Shown: positions 39,580-53,705 of the stretch, piece by piece
How positions within the stretch are numbered: position 1 is the first letter of the stretch
How the letters are laid out: every line of letters starts with the position of its first letter
From: Octopus vulgaris
Taxonomy: Eukaryota
Length of the DNA: 64,000 bases
Reading direction: 5' to 3'
NCBI GenBank assembly: GCA_951406725.2
Contig: OX597819.1
Span: forward strand, 113,460,001-113,524,000
Translations under genes and position numbers: made by a program
Notes under the pieces: model-generated
What the model was told of the DNA's origin: nothing
Seen by the model: the letters and a program-made list of their open reading frames with translations, nothing else
Databases searched by the model: none

Positions 39580-40216
39580 TAATAATGATCCGTTCTGCTA
39601 AAGGCACAAGGCCTGAAGTTTTGTGGGAAAGAAAGCAGTCAGTTACATTGAAGCCAGTGTACAACTGGTACCTATTTTATCAACCCTGAAAGGATAAAAG
39701 TCAAAATTAACCACAGCAGAACTTGAACTCAGAACGTAAAGATGGACAAAATGCCACTCTGCATTTTGCCTAGCCTGCCAACAATTCTGCCAGGTTGCTG
39801 TCTTAATAATGATTATAATTATAATAATAATAATAATAATAATAATGATCTCAAATTTTGGCACAAGGCCAGCAGTTTTGTGGGAGAGGGTAAGTCAATT
39901 ATATCAACCCAATGCTTGATTGGTACTTATTTTATCGACCCAATCTGTTTAAGTATGTGGAGACACATCCGTTCAGATAGGGCCCTTAGCACTCCATTCG
40001 ATCGTATATTTAAGGAATAGTTTTTTTCACTAATATCCTCACTTGTTCAATTGCCATTCACATAACAACGCATCTTGAATTAACAGTTAAGTTCCTAAGT
40101 TTTAATTTTATTTAAATGTGACTCAGTCGATGTCTTTATAAACTTCCCCTTTCTCAATAAATATCCCATTTGCCAAAGCCACATGTCACTCTCCCCCTCT
40201 AATTTTATAATGTTTA

Positions 40217-40703
40217 CCGTAAATCCTCGAGTATAGTCCGCCCTTGAGTATAATACGCAGGGGATTTTTAGGGGGCTGTACCTCTGAAAACTTAAACCTT
40301 GTGCATAATACGCACCCCTTCTCTAACTTGAGTCAAGGAGGTCTATATAATGTCCTTGATTTGTAAAAATGTATATGGTAACATCCTTTATCGTTATTGT
40401 ATATATAACATAATGCAAATGTGTAGCATTTTTGTGCATTTTGTTTGCAGAAAATAAAGAAATAACAGTAATAACGTTTAATAAATCTTGCTTACTGCAA
40501 GTTATGGACGATTCTTTTATGACTTCATTGCTTTCAGGCTTAGCTTAAGGTATTTTCGCATCCAACATCACAAAATGAGTCTCACAGCAAATAGAGACTC
40601 GGACATTGCTTAGAAAATATTTTTCATTTTTAACCTTGTATATAGTACGCACTCAGGATTTTGACCTTTAAATTTTGGGGGAAAAAATGCGGATTATTTA
40701 TGG
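40217..40703. mobile_element. Putative TcMar/pogo-like non-autonomous element
   Basis: ta-ccgtaaat start with repeated gagtata.tccgc/tacgcac subterminal motifs; the other end gcggattatttatgg-ta. Confidence 0.55.
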
Positions 40704-41454
40704 TATGCAATAAATATGCTGATTAGAATGTATATGTGTATTAACATGGTATTAATAATCAGGAGACTAATATTCATTCGCACAGATCATGAACACAATG
40801 TCCATGTTTGTACACCCATTATGCCCACCTGCCCTCCCCTACCACTGCCATTTTAATTTAAATGTAAATGAACAGTTTCAACTGGCAATTCATACACCCC
40901 TCCTGTGATGAGGGTAAGGGTACATATTTTGCTTACTTCCCTCTTTCTACTATATGCCTGCATGCAGGCATCCATATGAGTGCCATACACACCTAAGGTT
41001 ACCGCATATATGAATATTTAGACATATTAGTACCTAAACAGTCCTGTGTAGTCTCCCTATCCTCTCTTCCTGGTCAGCCTACATGCACTCTTCTTATATC
41101 CTCCTCATCACTTCCTTGCTGGCTCTTGCTCTGGATATTGTATGGGAATGAGAAAGTTTGTAAAACACTGTAATTCATCGAATAAATTATGTACTAAAGT
41201 CTTTGTGCAGAACCTCTTCTTTCCAGATGATAACAAAAGTGTCACACTTACTCTTTTACTTGTTTCAGTCATTTGACTGCGGCCATGCTGGAGCACCGCC
41301 TTTAATCGAGCAACTCGACCCCGGGACTTATTCTTTTTGTAAGCCCAGTACTTATTCTATCGGTCTCTTTTTGCCGAACTGCTAAGTAACGGGGACATAA
41401 ACACACCAGCATCGGTTGTCAAGCAATGCTAGGGGGACAAACACAGACACACAA

Positions 41455-41487
<33 letters not shown>

Positions 41488-41693
41488 CATATATACGACA
41501 GGCTTCTTTCAGTTTCCGTCTACCAAATCCACTCACAAGGCATTGGTCGGCCCAGGGCTATAGCAGAAGACACTTGCCCAAGATGCCACGCAGTGGGATT
41601 GAACCCAGAACCATGTGGTTGGTTAGCAAGCTACTTACCACACAGCCACTCCTGCGCCTATATATATCAACACACATTTATATACACATATCT

Positions 41694-41740
<47 letters not shown>

Positions 41741-41756
41741 CATACATTCATACATA

Positions 41757-42003
41757 CAGGGCTGGCCAAAAGTAACCTACCAGTAAATCAAAATTCCATA
41801 AATATTATCTGTTATTCTGTATTGACTTGAATGGAAAAATGTGTTTGGAAAAATGTGTTGTTCAAGAAGGATTTCGGTTTGAACAATTTTCATGATGTTT
41901 CATATTTAGTTGCTTTTATTAAAATCCTTCAGTTGTTAAACATAAATAAATCTTGGAATTAAATGGTTTTGATTTACTGTCAGGTGACTTTTGGCCAGCC
42001 CAG
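41757..42003. mobile_element. Tc1/mariner-type MITE
   Basis: TA-flanked TIRs cagggctggccaaaagtaacct..cagtaaatcaaaa / ttttgatttactg.caggtgacttttggccagcccag. Confidence 0.8.
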
Positions 42004-42059
42004 TATATATATGTATATATAAAAACATATATACACACACGCACACATATATATATAGA

Positions 42060-42765
42060 CATACATAATATATATCTATATATCTGTATTTATCTATCTA
42101 TATATATATATCTATACATCTGTATATCTGTATCTATATATATACATCTGTATCTATATATATATATATATATACATCTGTATCTATATATATATATACA
42201 TCTGTATCTCTCTAACATCTGTATCTCTCTATATATATACATCTGTATCTCTATATATATATACATCTGTATCTCTATATATATATACATCTGTATCTAT
42301 ATATATATATACATCTGTATCTATATATATATATATATACATCTGTATCTATATATATATATATACATCTGTATCTCTATATATATATACATCTGTATCT
42401 CTATATATATATACATCTGTATCTATATATATATATATACATCTGTATCTATATATATATATACATCTGTATCTATATATATATATATACATCTGTATCT
42501 ATATATATATATATACATCTGTATCTCTATATATATATACATCTGTATCTCTATATATATATACATCTGTATCTCTATATATATATACATCTGTATCTAT
42601 ATATATATATACATCTGTATCTATATATATATATACATCTGTATCTATATATATATATATACATCTGTATCTCTATATATATATACATCTGTATCTCTAT
42701 ATATATATACATCTGTATCTCTCTATATATATACATCTGTATCTATATATATATATATATATATA

Positions 42766-42806
<41 letters not shown>

Positions 42807-42810
42807 ACAC
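42060..42810. repeat. Compound micro/minisatellite [catctgtatct + (TA)n]n
   Basis: Directly visible; fixed 11-nt core with variable TA spacer. Confidence 0.9.
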
Positions 42811-43252
42811 ACACACACACACACACGTATATATCTATGTATGTATGTATACCACTAATAATACCAACTACCATATCATAAACTCCCAACCCAGTCGCAG
42901 CATTTTTGGTCCCACAAACTTCCAGCACTGCACGAACATTACCCCCCCCCCACCCACCCATTACCACCAACGCCACTACAACTACAACCACCAGAACCAC
43001 CATCCCTACCACTATGACACAAAAATAACAGACCTGGTGTTTTGGTTCCAAAAGTAGGTCAGTGAATTCCTAGGGAGGCAGAAGTGGGGAGGGGACCTCT
43101 CTCCTCAACCCACCTACCTACCTATCACACCACCAACACCACAATCATCATCATCATCATCGTTATTACCAACAGCAGCAGTAGCAACAGCCTTGCTTCA
43201 AGCAAAGATAAGATGTAAATAAAAACACATACAAACAAAAAGAGAGTTAAAT

Positions 43253-43292
<40 letters not shown>

Positions 43293-43381
43293 ATATATAC
43301 ACACATACACACACTCACAAATATACATCCATATATGTGTGTGTGAGTACATATAAGTATGCATATTAAAGTATGTATATA

Positions 43382-43766
43382 CTAGCAGTATCGCCCGGCG
43401 TTGCTCAGGTTTGTAAGGGAAATAACTATAAAGCATTTTTAGAGAGTTATAGCCCAAAAATAGCAAAAAAATGGAAAAAAATGATGGTAAATTTTTTTTT
43501 GAGATTTAAAAAAGGTGGAGTTGTGTCCCCTAGACAGTTTATGGTTTGTGTTTCTGATTCTCGACCCCATGTCGAATTTATCGATTTTTTTCAGAACTGG
43601 GGGAACTTTTCAAAATTTTCGTTGCGTTAGTTTTGAATTATGACATTGGGCTATGTGTGTGTCAAGTTTCATCAGAATCGGTTGAAAGCCGTGGTCAGGG
43701 TGAGGGTACAAGCAAACAGACACACAGAAACACGCACAGACAAACTGCCGTTTATATAGAGAGAGA
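43382..43766 (-). mobile_element. Non-autonomous Helitron, same 3' end with a different body
   Basis: a|ctagcagtatcgcccggcgttgctc...tttatatagagagaga|t. Confidence 0.72.
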
Positions 43767-43772
43767 TGTATG

Positions 43773-43806
<34 letters not shown>

Positions 43807-43812
43807 CATATA

Positions 43813-44697
43813 CAGGGTGCAGTGAATATATTGTCTTCTAAATTACAGAAAAATCAAAATAACACTGACACCTCATTTTAACAGATATATTTACCAAAAT
43901 TACATAAAAATAACTTGAAATACTAAAGTAAATTTATTAAATAAAATCACCATTGGGTTCAACTACAAAGAGCCTCGAGGCAACTTCGGAATCTCCTACA
44001 ACTCTTCTGGATGGTCTCCTTGTTTAAGTTGATGAATGTTGTCATAATCCTTGCCTTCAGTTCATCTTTGGTGTTACAAGGAATTTTGCTGGTCTCTCGC
44101 TCAAATGTACCCCACACATAATAATCAAGGGGGTTGCAGACGGTGGAGTTAGGTGGTTACATTTTAGGGATGATGTGTTCACAGAAATTGTCTGACAGCT
44201 ATCAGTATGTTCTCTTGCTTGTGTGGCATGATGCAGTCCTGTTGCCAGACATAGGGTCTTCCAGCAGCCATCCTCTTCACCCAGGGCAGCACTACCTCCT
44301 CCAGGCACTTGATGTAGGCCTCCATGTTGAGTCTGAAGCCATGTGGGAAGACGAATGGAGGCATAACGTTGCCATCACTAGTGATCAATCCAAACACCAT
44401 GATGTTGACTGAATAATTGATTTTTATCACTCTCGGTACATGTTCTGAGGAGACGGCAAGCCAAGAGTTGTTCTGTGAGTTCACTATCTGTTCATATTGG
44501 AGCTTCTGGCACAAATGCCAAGCAGTACAGCATGTCGTTTCCAAATTTCTGACAGAGTGAATTGCATCATGGTGCTGTTTTTCTCAAGGATGGTGCCCAA
44601 CTGACCCTACTATGCTGTGGAGTCAACAAAATCAAAAACAATGTGCATGCTCGAAATTAAAAATATAAAATGGCATCAATGTACCCATCGCACTCTG
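43813..44697 (-). mobile_element. Degraded Tc1/mariner-superfamily transposon (maT/DD37D-like)
   Basis: Diverged TIRs cagggtgcagtgaatatattg / caatgtacccatcgcactctg. ORF 44179-44544 reads NSQNNSWLA..IMVFGLITSDGNVMPPFVFPHGFRLNMEAYIKCLEEVVLPW..YVWQQD, followed by a PNSxxCNPLDYYVWG remnant. Confidence 0.8.
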
Positions 44698-45356
44698 TGT
44701 ATGTGTGTGTGTGTATATATCATCATCATCATCATCATCATCGTTTAACGTCCGTTCTCCATGCTAGCATGGGTTGGACGGTTCGACCGGGGATCTGGGA
44801 AGCCAGAAGGCTGCACCAGGCTCCAGTCTTATCTGGCAGTGTTTCTACAGCTGGATGCCCTTCCTAACGCCAATATATATATATATATATTGTCCCATAC
44901 TTGTCTCTCATTGTTTGTTTACATGTTTTCTGCTTATTGATGATGTCCCGTACTGAATGTGTATTTTTTCATTTTATATATATATATATATATATGGATA
45001 TAAATATCCACAGTTATATATATCTATCTATGTGCAGATAGACAGATAGATAGAGAGAGAGAGAGAGAAAGAGAGAAAGGGAGAGAGACAGAGAGACAGA
45101 CAGACAGAGACAGAGAAAGAGATACACACATAAACGGAGTTATATTTACATACATGCCTAAAAAGATAGTTATATATGTAATTCATATATGTCTGAATGT
45201 ATGAGTGTGTATATATGTATCTATATTTATAGACACACACATTCATATATATATATGTGTGTGTGTGGGCACATATACATATAAATATGCATATCTATGT
45301 ACATGTATGCATATATGTATGAGTGTGTGTGTGTGTGCATGTATATTTATGTACGT

Positions 45357-45391
<35 letters not shown>

Positions 45392-45741
45392 CATATCTGT
45401 CATATATGATAAACATCAAAATACAAGGTTAGCTTTGATGATGTATGAGATGTAAGAATTTTTAGGAAGAGGTGTTAATGAGAGGTGGAGGGGTGAGTAT
45501 GGATTTCTGTTTATGTTGTATTTATTTGTACACAGATTTATATATATATATATATATATATACAAACACACATATATATATATTATTTTTAACTTCAGGC
45601 TATTAAAAGACCAAGGATAATTAACAGCAACAAATAATGTTGTTGTTGTTGTTGTTGTTGTTGTTGCTGCTGCTGCTGTTGTTGCTGTTGTTGTTGTTTT
45701 TGTGTAACTCCTACTAACCCTGACTTAGTATGCATCTAGAT

Positions 45742-45932
45742 CTAGTGCTCCGCAACCTTTTTCCACTTGTGCCACACTTGTATTCTTTTCAAAATTCGGC
45801 AGCACACCTGAGCTAAAAGTACAACTAAAAAGTATAGGGAAAAAAAAAATTATAATCAGGTTACACTGCGACACACCTAGCATCGTCTCCTGGTACACCA
45901 GTGTGCTGTGGCATACTGGTTTTGGAGCCCTG
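45742..45932. mobile_element. hAT (Charlie-like) MITE
   Basis: 8-bp near-duplication atctagat / atctagaa (NTCTAGAN type) flanking ends resembling cagtg..c.caacc / ggtt..g..ccctg. Confidence 0.6.
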
Positions 45933-48358
45933 ATCTAGAAGGTCCAGTGGCAGGTCAAGTGAGATTCACAAATCTATAAGCTCTAGGTCAGTGGCAGCTA
46001 AATCTATGTCATGCATATCAATAGTGATACAGTGGAGGGGTGGGAGGGATGAAAGTGACACACACACACATATACACACACATGCACGGGCATGATGGAC
46101 TCCTAATCAGTTTTAATGGCCAGTTTTCCATGCTTAAATGGATCAGACGAGATTTATTGAGGCAGGTTTTTTACAACCAGATGCTCTTGCAATTATCAGC
46201 CTCATAGTATTTACATATAGTTATAGACTAGCGATTCAGATTGTCCCCAGTTCAATTCAGGTACATGATGATGATGAGAGGCCACAAAAATGGCGAAATA
46301 TTGGTATCCATCACTCCTGAATTGGATCGATGAGTTGTCTTGCCTCTCTATGACTTTCAGACATTTCAGGTATTTTTAACACCCAGCGTTACGAGGGAGT
46401 TGCCCCCTACCCAAACCAGCAAACAAACAAAACATTCTGAGTATGTGTGGTCGAAAGTCTACAACACTAGCACTGCTTTTAATCCGTTATTCACACACAC
46501 ACACACACACACACGCATAACATACACAACATATACACACATATATACACAACAAATTCACAAACATATACATGAGCAGTACCATTATGAGCAATACGAT
46601 GCACCAAGAGATGTTCTAATAGTTTATTTTTATTTCTAATTTACTTTATCTTATTCTCCCTTAAGTGATCTAAAGATAGACTAGGCAGAATTCTTGGCCA
46701 ATCCACCCCTTTGCACCTTGCCAACAAGGGTTTCTTTCAAAAAAGGAAACTAATAATAATGATAAAGAAAGACCAACAGTGAAGGTGCCAGAAGCCTCAT
46801 CTCAATAAATAATAATCATTTTATTATGTTGCTAGCAAGGGACAAGAGTCGAGAGTATGTAAGAACTACAAGCTTTTAGAGTAACAGACAAGTTCTGTTG
46901 GTTAAGTGACAGATTTAGTACTGCTAACACAGTTTAGTGTTGTTAACTTGGAGTTAGTAAACAAGAATTCAAAGCAAAAAAAAAAAAAAAGACATGAACA
47001 GAAAATTGCATTGAACATCTTTGAAGTCAGCTTCTTTCGACATCAAACGGTTTTTACTGGCTGTGAGGAGGCTTCGGTGTACTTCCTTGACCTATCGCTG
47101 CTACATTTCCATCAACAAACTCTATACCCCCTTGTAAAATAGAGACCACATGTTTAAAGTTTTTAATAACAGGGTATCAAATTGTTGCTTCATTTATATA
47201 TAAAATTACCTACTATTTGGTCTATAATTGATTATGTGATATTTGAGGCTTTGTAATAATATAAGATGAATTATAGCTGCCCACATAACATCTGTAGCAT
47301 CTCTCAATCATCAAGAAACATAGCGTTGCATTGTCATATAATTGCAGTCATTAGCATTTGATGACAACTAGTGTTACACATGGTATATTCACACAAAAAA
47401 CTATACAGCTATATAAATGCAGGCGTGACTGTGTGGTCTAACAAGCTTGCTTTGTAATCACGTGGTTTCGGGTTCGGTCCTTGTGCACGGCACTTTGGGC
47501 AAGTGACTTCTGCTATAGCCCTAGATTGATCAATGCCTTTTGAATGGATTCGATAGATGGAAACTGTGTGGAAGTGCCTTATGTATGTATGTGTATATGT
47601 ATCGGTGTTTGTGTTTGTCCCCCACCACTGCCTGGCAATGGTGTTGGTTTGTTTACGTCCCCATGACATAGCAGTTCAGCAAAAGAGGCCAATAGAATAA
47701 GTATCAGATTTAAAAATAAGTACTGGAGTCGATTTGGTCAAGGTAGTGCTCCAGCATGGCCGTAGTCCAATGACTGAAACAAGTAAAAGAACGATAACAA
47801 TTTACTATCAATTTAAAGCCAAGTCATTTTTAGTCTGTTTCCCTCTTCTTCCTCTTCTACTTCTACTTTACCCTCTGATATTTCTCATCCTTCTCACTCT
47901 GCCGCCTTTTCTTTGATTGTCCTCTCTGCTTCCTCAAAACATTAACGCCTCTTCTCAACTTTTCCTCTCTGACCTACTTGCAGGATGACCCCCACCACTT
48001 CTCTTTCGGGCAGTGACTCTCCCTGGATTCCTTGCCACCCTAATCTATTGCTCCCTTCCTGTCCCCTGTTCACTCCCAACCCACCCCTCAACTTCTGTCC
48101 ATTAGATAACCCTAAGTCTCCCCTTACGCAACACACCCTATTACTTTTTCAACTCTATCCTTCCCTTTTTCTCAACCCTGTCATTAATATCTTCCCTCTC
48201 CCCTGATTCCTGCCATATTCCTCATCCCACCTCTTACTTGACAGTCTTTATGTCTTTACCAAGGAGCATTGCCTCATCTTCTCTTCTCTTTCAGTTGTAG
48301 GGGCCACTTTAGGGCCTTAGCCTTGCAAGTTACAAGGAAATCATCACTAGTGCTGGTA

Positions 48359-48396
<38 letters not shown>

Positions 48397-49584
48397 ACAC
48401 ACACAAAAATAAAATACTCAGTACATACTGTAAAGTGGTTGGCATAAGGAAGGGAACCCAGTTTTAGAAACCATGCCAAACTAGACATTGTCGCATGATG
48501 CAGTCCCCCATCTTGTCAGTCCCTATCAAACCATCCAGTCTATACAAGCATGAAAGCTGGACATCAAATAATGATAACGATGTGATGGTTATAGCTATAG
48601 CATCTTTGATCAATTGCAGATCAGCCCAATCAGCAACAATGGCACCAGCCGGTTTCTCTCATCCTTACCTATAAAACACCCTTCCTCTTCTGCTTTTAGT
48701 ATGTTGAACGTCAAGAAACTCCACACTATAGATGCAATCACGTAGATGATGAGGCCCTAATCCCTTCCATGGAAAAATGAGTGCATGTTTGTATTCTTAT
48801 TTCTTTATTGCCCACAAGGGGCTAAACATAGAAGGGACAAACAATGACAGACAAAGGTATTAAGTCGATTACATTGACCCCAGCGCGTAACTGGTACCTA
48901 ATTTATCGACCCCGAAAGGATGAAAGGCAAAGTCGACCTTGGCGGAATTTGAACTCAGAACGTAACGGCAGACGAAATACCTATTTCTTTATTGCCCACA
49001 AGGGGCTAAACATAGAAGGGGACAAACAAGGAAAGACAAAGATATTAAGTCAATTACATCGACCCCAGTGTGTAACTGGTACCTAATTTATTGACCCCAA
49101 AAGGATGAAAGGCAAAGTCGACCTTGGCGGAATTTGAACTCAGAACATAACGGCAGACGAAATACCGCTAAGCATTTGGTCCGGCGTGCTAACGATTCTG
49201 CCAGTCTGTATTCTGTCAAGGGAATGCCTTTAAGATACATCACATATCTTGCTGCCGTGCATTCTGAGCCACTGATCATATTGGGTTCTTCTGGCTCACC
49301 TGCTATTTCAGTCTTTGTGCACTTAAGGAGTGACTTCCTCTGTACAGCAATCCTTCTGATATTGCGGGGAATTTCTACTTAGTTTTTCCCACCAGCCCAA
49401 GTGAGCTGCCATGGTATGGCCATCAGTGTGCACAAGCTATTCCTGGGAGACATACGTAAGAGTTGTGTTGAAGTTGGAGACCAGAGCTCCTGTCCATGTC
49501 TGAAGACGTGCAGCTGACAGGTTTCCAATGGCACTATTTTTCCACTATATCAAACACCATATACTACCACTAAAACCATTCTGG

Positions 49585-50545
49585 ATGGTGGTGGTGGTGG
49601 CTGTGGTGGGGGTGGGGGTGGAGAAGTGCTGATTGTGATGGTGGTGGTGGTGGTGGTTGTGGTGGTTGTAGTGATGGTGGTTGTGGTGGTTGTGGCAGTG
49701 GTAGTGGTTGTGGCAGTGGTGGTGGTTGTGGCAGTGGTTGTGGCAGTGGTGGTGGTTGTGGCAGTGGTTGTGGCAGTGGTGGTGGTTGTGGCAGTGGTGG
49801 TGGTTGTAGCAGTATTGGTGGTTGTGGTAGTGGTGGTGGTTGTGGTACATTTGAAATTAAATTTATGTTGGCATTAGCTGATAATGTAAAAGTAAGGGGT
49901 TTGTAGTCTATGTAATACCACTACTAACACTGTCCTATTCAGAATACAAACTCCTTACTTTTACACTATCAGCTAATGCAAACACAAATTTAACCCAACT
50001 GCATCAGCACCACCACCAACACCATTACCATTACCACCACTACCATACCACCACCAACACCAAAACCACTACCGCCACTGCCATACCACCACCAACACCA
50101 TAACCACTACCGCCACTGCCATTCCACCACCAACACCATAACCACTATCACCACTGCCATTCCACCACCAACACCATAACCACTACTTCACTGCCCCACC
50201 AACACCATAACCACTACCACCACTACCATACCACCACCAACACCATAACCACTACCGCCACTGCCATTCCACCACCAACACCATAACCACTACTTCCACT
50301 GCCCCACCAACACCATAACCACTACCATACAACCACCAACACCATAACCACTACCGCCATACCACCACCAACACCATAACCACTACTGCCACTGCCCCAC
50401 CAACACCATAACCACTACCACCACCAACACCATAACCACTACTGCCATCGCCATACCACCACCAACACCAACATCATAACCACTACTGCTACTGCCCCAC
50501 CACCACCAACACCATAACCACTGCCATACCACCACCATCGCCATC
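49585..50545. repeat. (GTG)-rich tract, unique inverted repeat core, then (CAC)-rich minisatellite
   Basis: aaatttatgttggcattagctgataatgtaaaagtaagg (about 49858-49897) mirrored at about 49952-49991; accaccaacaccataaccactac units at 50050-50530. Confidence 0.8.
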
Positions 50546-51673
50546 TATGATTATGCCAATGAAACAGCAGAGAAGGTGGGGGAGAAGAAATTCTCTTTGT
50601 CCAAGAGAACAGACAGAAAATTGTCCCTCCAAGAGAGGGAGAAAAAAGTAGCCTAAGGGGGTGCACGGAAAAGGGGGTGGGAGAAAAAAGGAGAGATAGA
50701 AGCCTTTATTAATTATTGAAGAAATAAGGGCAATGGGAGGGGGAGGAGAGGAAAGGGTGCGAAAAATACAAAAAACAAAACCCTATCAATGCCGCCGTCT
50801 GTCACTAAAGTTCCAAGTTCAACTTGGCTTATATAATAATACACAGAGCTGTTCAGGGAATAGTGGGGTGGTGGTGGGGAGTGGAGTAGGGCGCAATGGA
50901 GTAGGGGGCCGGTGGAGTAGGTGGTGGTGGAGTGGTACAGTGGCAGTATCAGTGGGTTGCTGTGTGTGAGGGGCATATCAGTGGTCAGAGGTGGGGCATC
51001 AATGTTAATATGGTTGTGTGGTAGGATGGCAGAGTGGTATTTGAAAGCTATCAGTGATGTGGTGGTGGTGGTCTTGACTGCTGCTTGGGGTGGTAGGGTA
51101 ACCTATGGTGCTCCTGGTGTTGGTGTGGTAGCCTAAGGTACGAGTTCCCAGCCAGAGGACCATGGATCAATTCTAGGTCATGGAACATTTGGTATTGGGC
51201 CACACAGAAAGAATAAATTTTTAATCTTTTTTTTATTTTATTGACTATCACAGTCAATATATATTTATGTGTATATATATTCTTATATTCTTTTGTTCTT
51301 TTATTTGTTTCAGTTATGTTTACAGCGGCCATGCTGGAGCACTGCCTTTAGTCGAACACATCTACCCCAGGACTGATTCTTTGTAAGCCTAGTACTTATT
51401 CTATTGGTCTCTTAGCTGAACCGCTAAGTTACAGGGGCGTAAACACACCAACATCAGTTGTCAAGCAATAGTGGAGGACAAGCACACACACACACATGTA
51501 TGTATATATATATATATATACGACGGGCTTCTTTCAGTTTCCATCTACCAAATACACTCACAAGACTTTGGTTGGCCTGAGGCTATAGTAGAAGACCCTT
51601 GCCCAAGGTGCCACAGAGTGGGACTGAACCCAGAACCAGGTCATTGGTAAGCAAGCTACTTACCACACAGCCA

Positions 51674-51734
<61 letters not shown>

Positions 51735-51973
51735 TATCCTTTCTACTATGGGCAGAAGGTTTGAAATTTTGAGGGATGGAGGGGGACTAGTCTATTACAC
51801 TGACCCCTGTGCTCAACTGGTACTTATTTCATTGACCCAAAAAGATGAAAGGCAAAGTTGACTTCGGCAGAATTTGAACTCAGAAGATAAAGATGAATAA
51901 AACACCACTAAGCATTTTGCCTGCCTTGCAAACAATTCTACCAGTTCACTACCTTTGTTATATATGCGATATA

Positions 51974-52515
51974 CAGGGTGACCACAAAGTCATGCACCAC
52001 AGGAGATATCAACTATGCTTTATTAGGTATGAAGCAGGTAATAATTCATTACAAATTTTCAAAGTGTTGGCCATGTAGCTCAAAACAAGTGTTCATACGG
52101 AATTTAAAATTGCAATGAACCCTCTCTAATAGCTCTTCATTGCTGTTGACTTGTTCACATGCTTCAACAATTCTTTGAAGAAGATGTCCTTGGTTACGAA
52201 TCTTTTCAGAATACACAAGGGGTTTAATGTAGCCCCAGAAGAAAAAGTCCTTGGGAGCTAAATCTGGTGACTGTAGTGCCCATTCAATTGGCTCACAACA
52301 CCCAAGCCATCACCCTGGAAAATGTTCATTCAGAAAATCACAATCCTGTGATGCATAATGGGGTGGAGCCCCATCCTACTGAAACCAGACAGAATTTCCC
52401 CTTCCAAGTGAATTCACAATTGTTCAAGTATGTCACATGGAAATGTTGGTACTTGTCTCCACTTTGGATGAGAATACACAAGTTTACACGAGACTGAACA
52501 GGATTTTGAAATAAA
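51974..52515 (-). mobile_element. Tc1/mariner transposase C-terminal relic, truncated by an RTE insertion
   Basis: ta-cagggtg terminus; minus-strand remnants DGAPPHYA and SPDLAPKDFFFWGYIKPLVYSEKIRNQGHLLQRIVEACEQV. Confidence 0.75.
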
Positions 52516-52519
52516 TACA

Positions 52520-53317
52520 CAGGAAGCCAGTACCTTTGAAAGAAATGAAACCAATATTGAAAGAAATGAAGCCAGTATGCTTCGCTGGATGTGCAATGTC
52601 AGTGTACATGTTCAACAGTGTAAGCAACTTGAGAGAAAAGTTAGGCATCAGATGTGGTGTGCAAGAGAGACAACTGCACAAGTATGGTCATGTGATATGT
52701 ATGGACAAGGACAGCTGTGTAAAGAAGTGTAGATCTCTAACTGTGGAAGGAACATGTGATAGAGGTAGACCCAGGAAGACATGGGACAAAGTGGTGAAGC
52801 ATGACTAGTGACTGAGACCCTTGGCACTATGCTGTGCTTGAGAAGACCCATCAAGCCAAGTGAAATCATGGCTGATGCTGGTGTCACGTAACTGGCATAT
52901 AAAGAGTACCTTTTAAAGCATTGGGCCTCACAGACACAAAGTGGCTGAGTTTCTTTCAAGCATTGGGCCTCAGGGAGGCAAAGTGGCTGAGTTCCTTTCA
53001 AGTATTGGGCCTCATGGAGGCAATGACCAAGACCTTTAGCATTATGTCATGCTTGAGAAGAAGACCCATTAAGCTGAGCAACATCAGTTGTGGCAGATAC
53101 TGGTGTCACACAAATGGCACCTGTGCCAATGGCACATAAAAGCATCCATTACACACTCAGAGTCATTGGTATTAGGAAGGGCATCCAGCTATGGAAAACC
53201 ATGCCAAATCAGACTGGAGTCTGGTGCAGCCCCTCAGCTTACCAGCCCTGGTCAAACCATCCAACACATGCCAGCATGGACAACGGACATTAAATGGTGA
53301 TGATGATGATGATGATC
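52520..53317 (+). mobile_element. Degraded RTE LINE 3' fragment
   Basis: ORF 52536-52808 (LREKLGIRCGVQERQLHKYGHV..GRPRKTWDKVVKHD), then the shared 3' tail and (GAT)n. Confidence 0.8.
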
Positions 53318-53649
53318 ATGGGAGGTAACTTATAAGAATTGTTATCTCCCTTGCATTAACCCTGGATTTCTGCAAGAAATTGTGTTCACCATAAATTAAT
53401 TAATTCTTTAATTATCTTATGCAAGAACACTCATGCACACTCATATTTATAAATATAGTACAAACACATGCACTCACACAGACACATACATATATGTATG
53501 TATACATATATACGCCTGCAGCATGCGTTTTGTTCATTTTTGAGTATGTGCATATAATTATTTATGGGATTTCATAGATTTTTGACGCCGAACTTGGTCT
53601 GGTATTCCTAAACATGGTATTAGCCTATATATGTGTGTGTGTATACACA

Positions 53650-53705
<56 letters not shown>

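Noticed and set aside
41953-42858. 301-aa ORF and other long Y/I/H/T/C/V-rich ORFs (e.g. 8009-8899, 61400-62393, 7084-7674)
   Set aside because: Translations of TA, CA and AAT microsatellites with no coding signal.
46262-46316. Hammerhead-like tgatga-gaggcca..tggc-gaaa-tattg-gta-tccatc
   Set aside because: The CUGAUGA core is not intact and overlaps a (GAT)n tract; too degenerate to call.
48658-48714. Candidate minus-strand exon with a gtaagg donor
   Set aside because: No frame resembles the missing MMAB exons or a recognisable protein.
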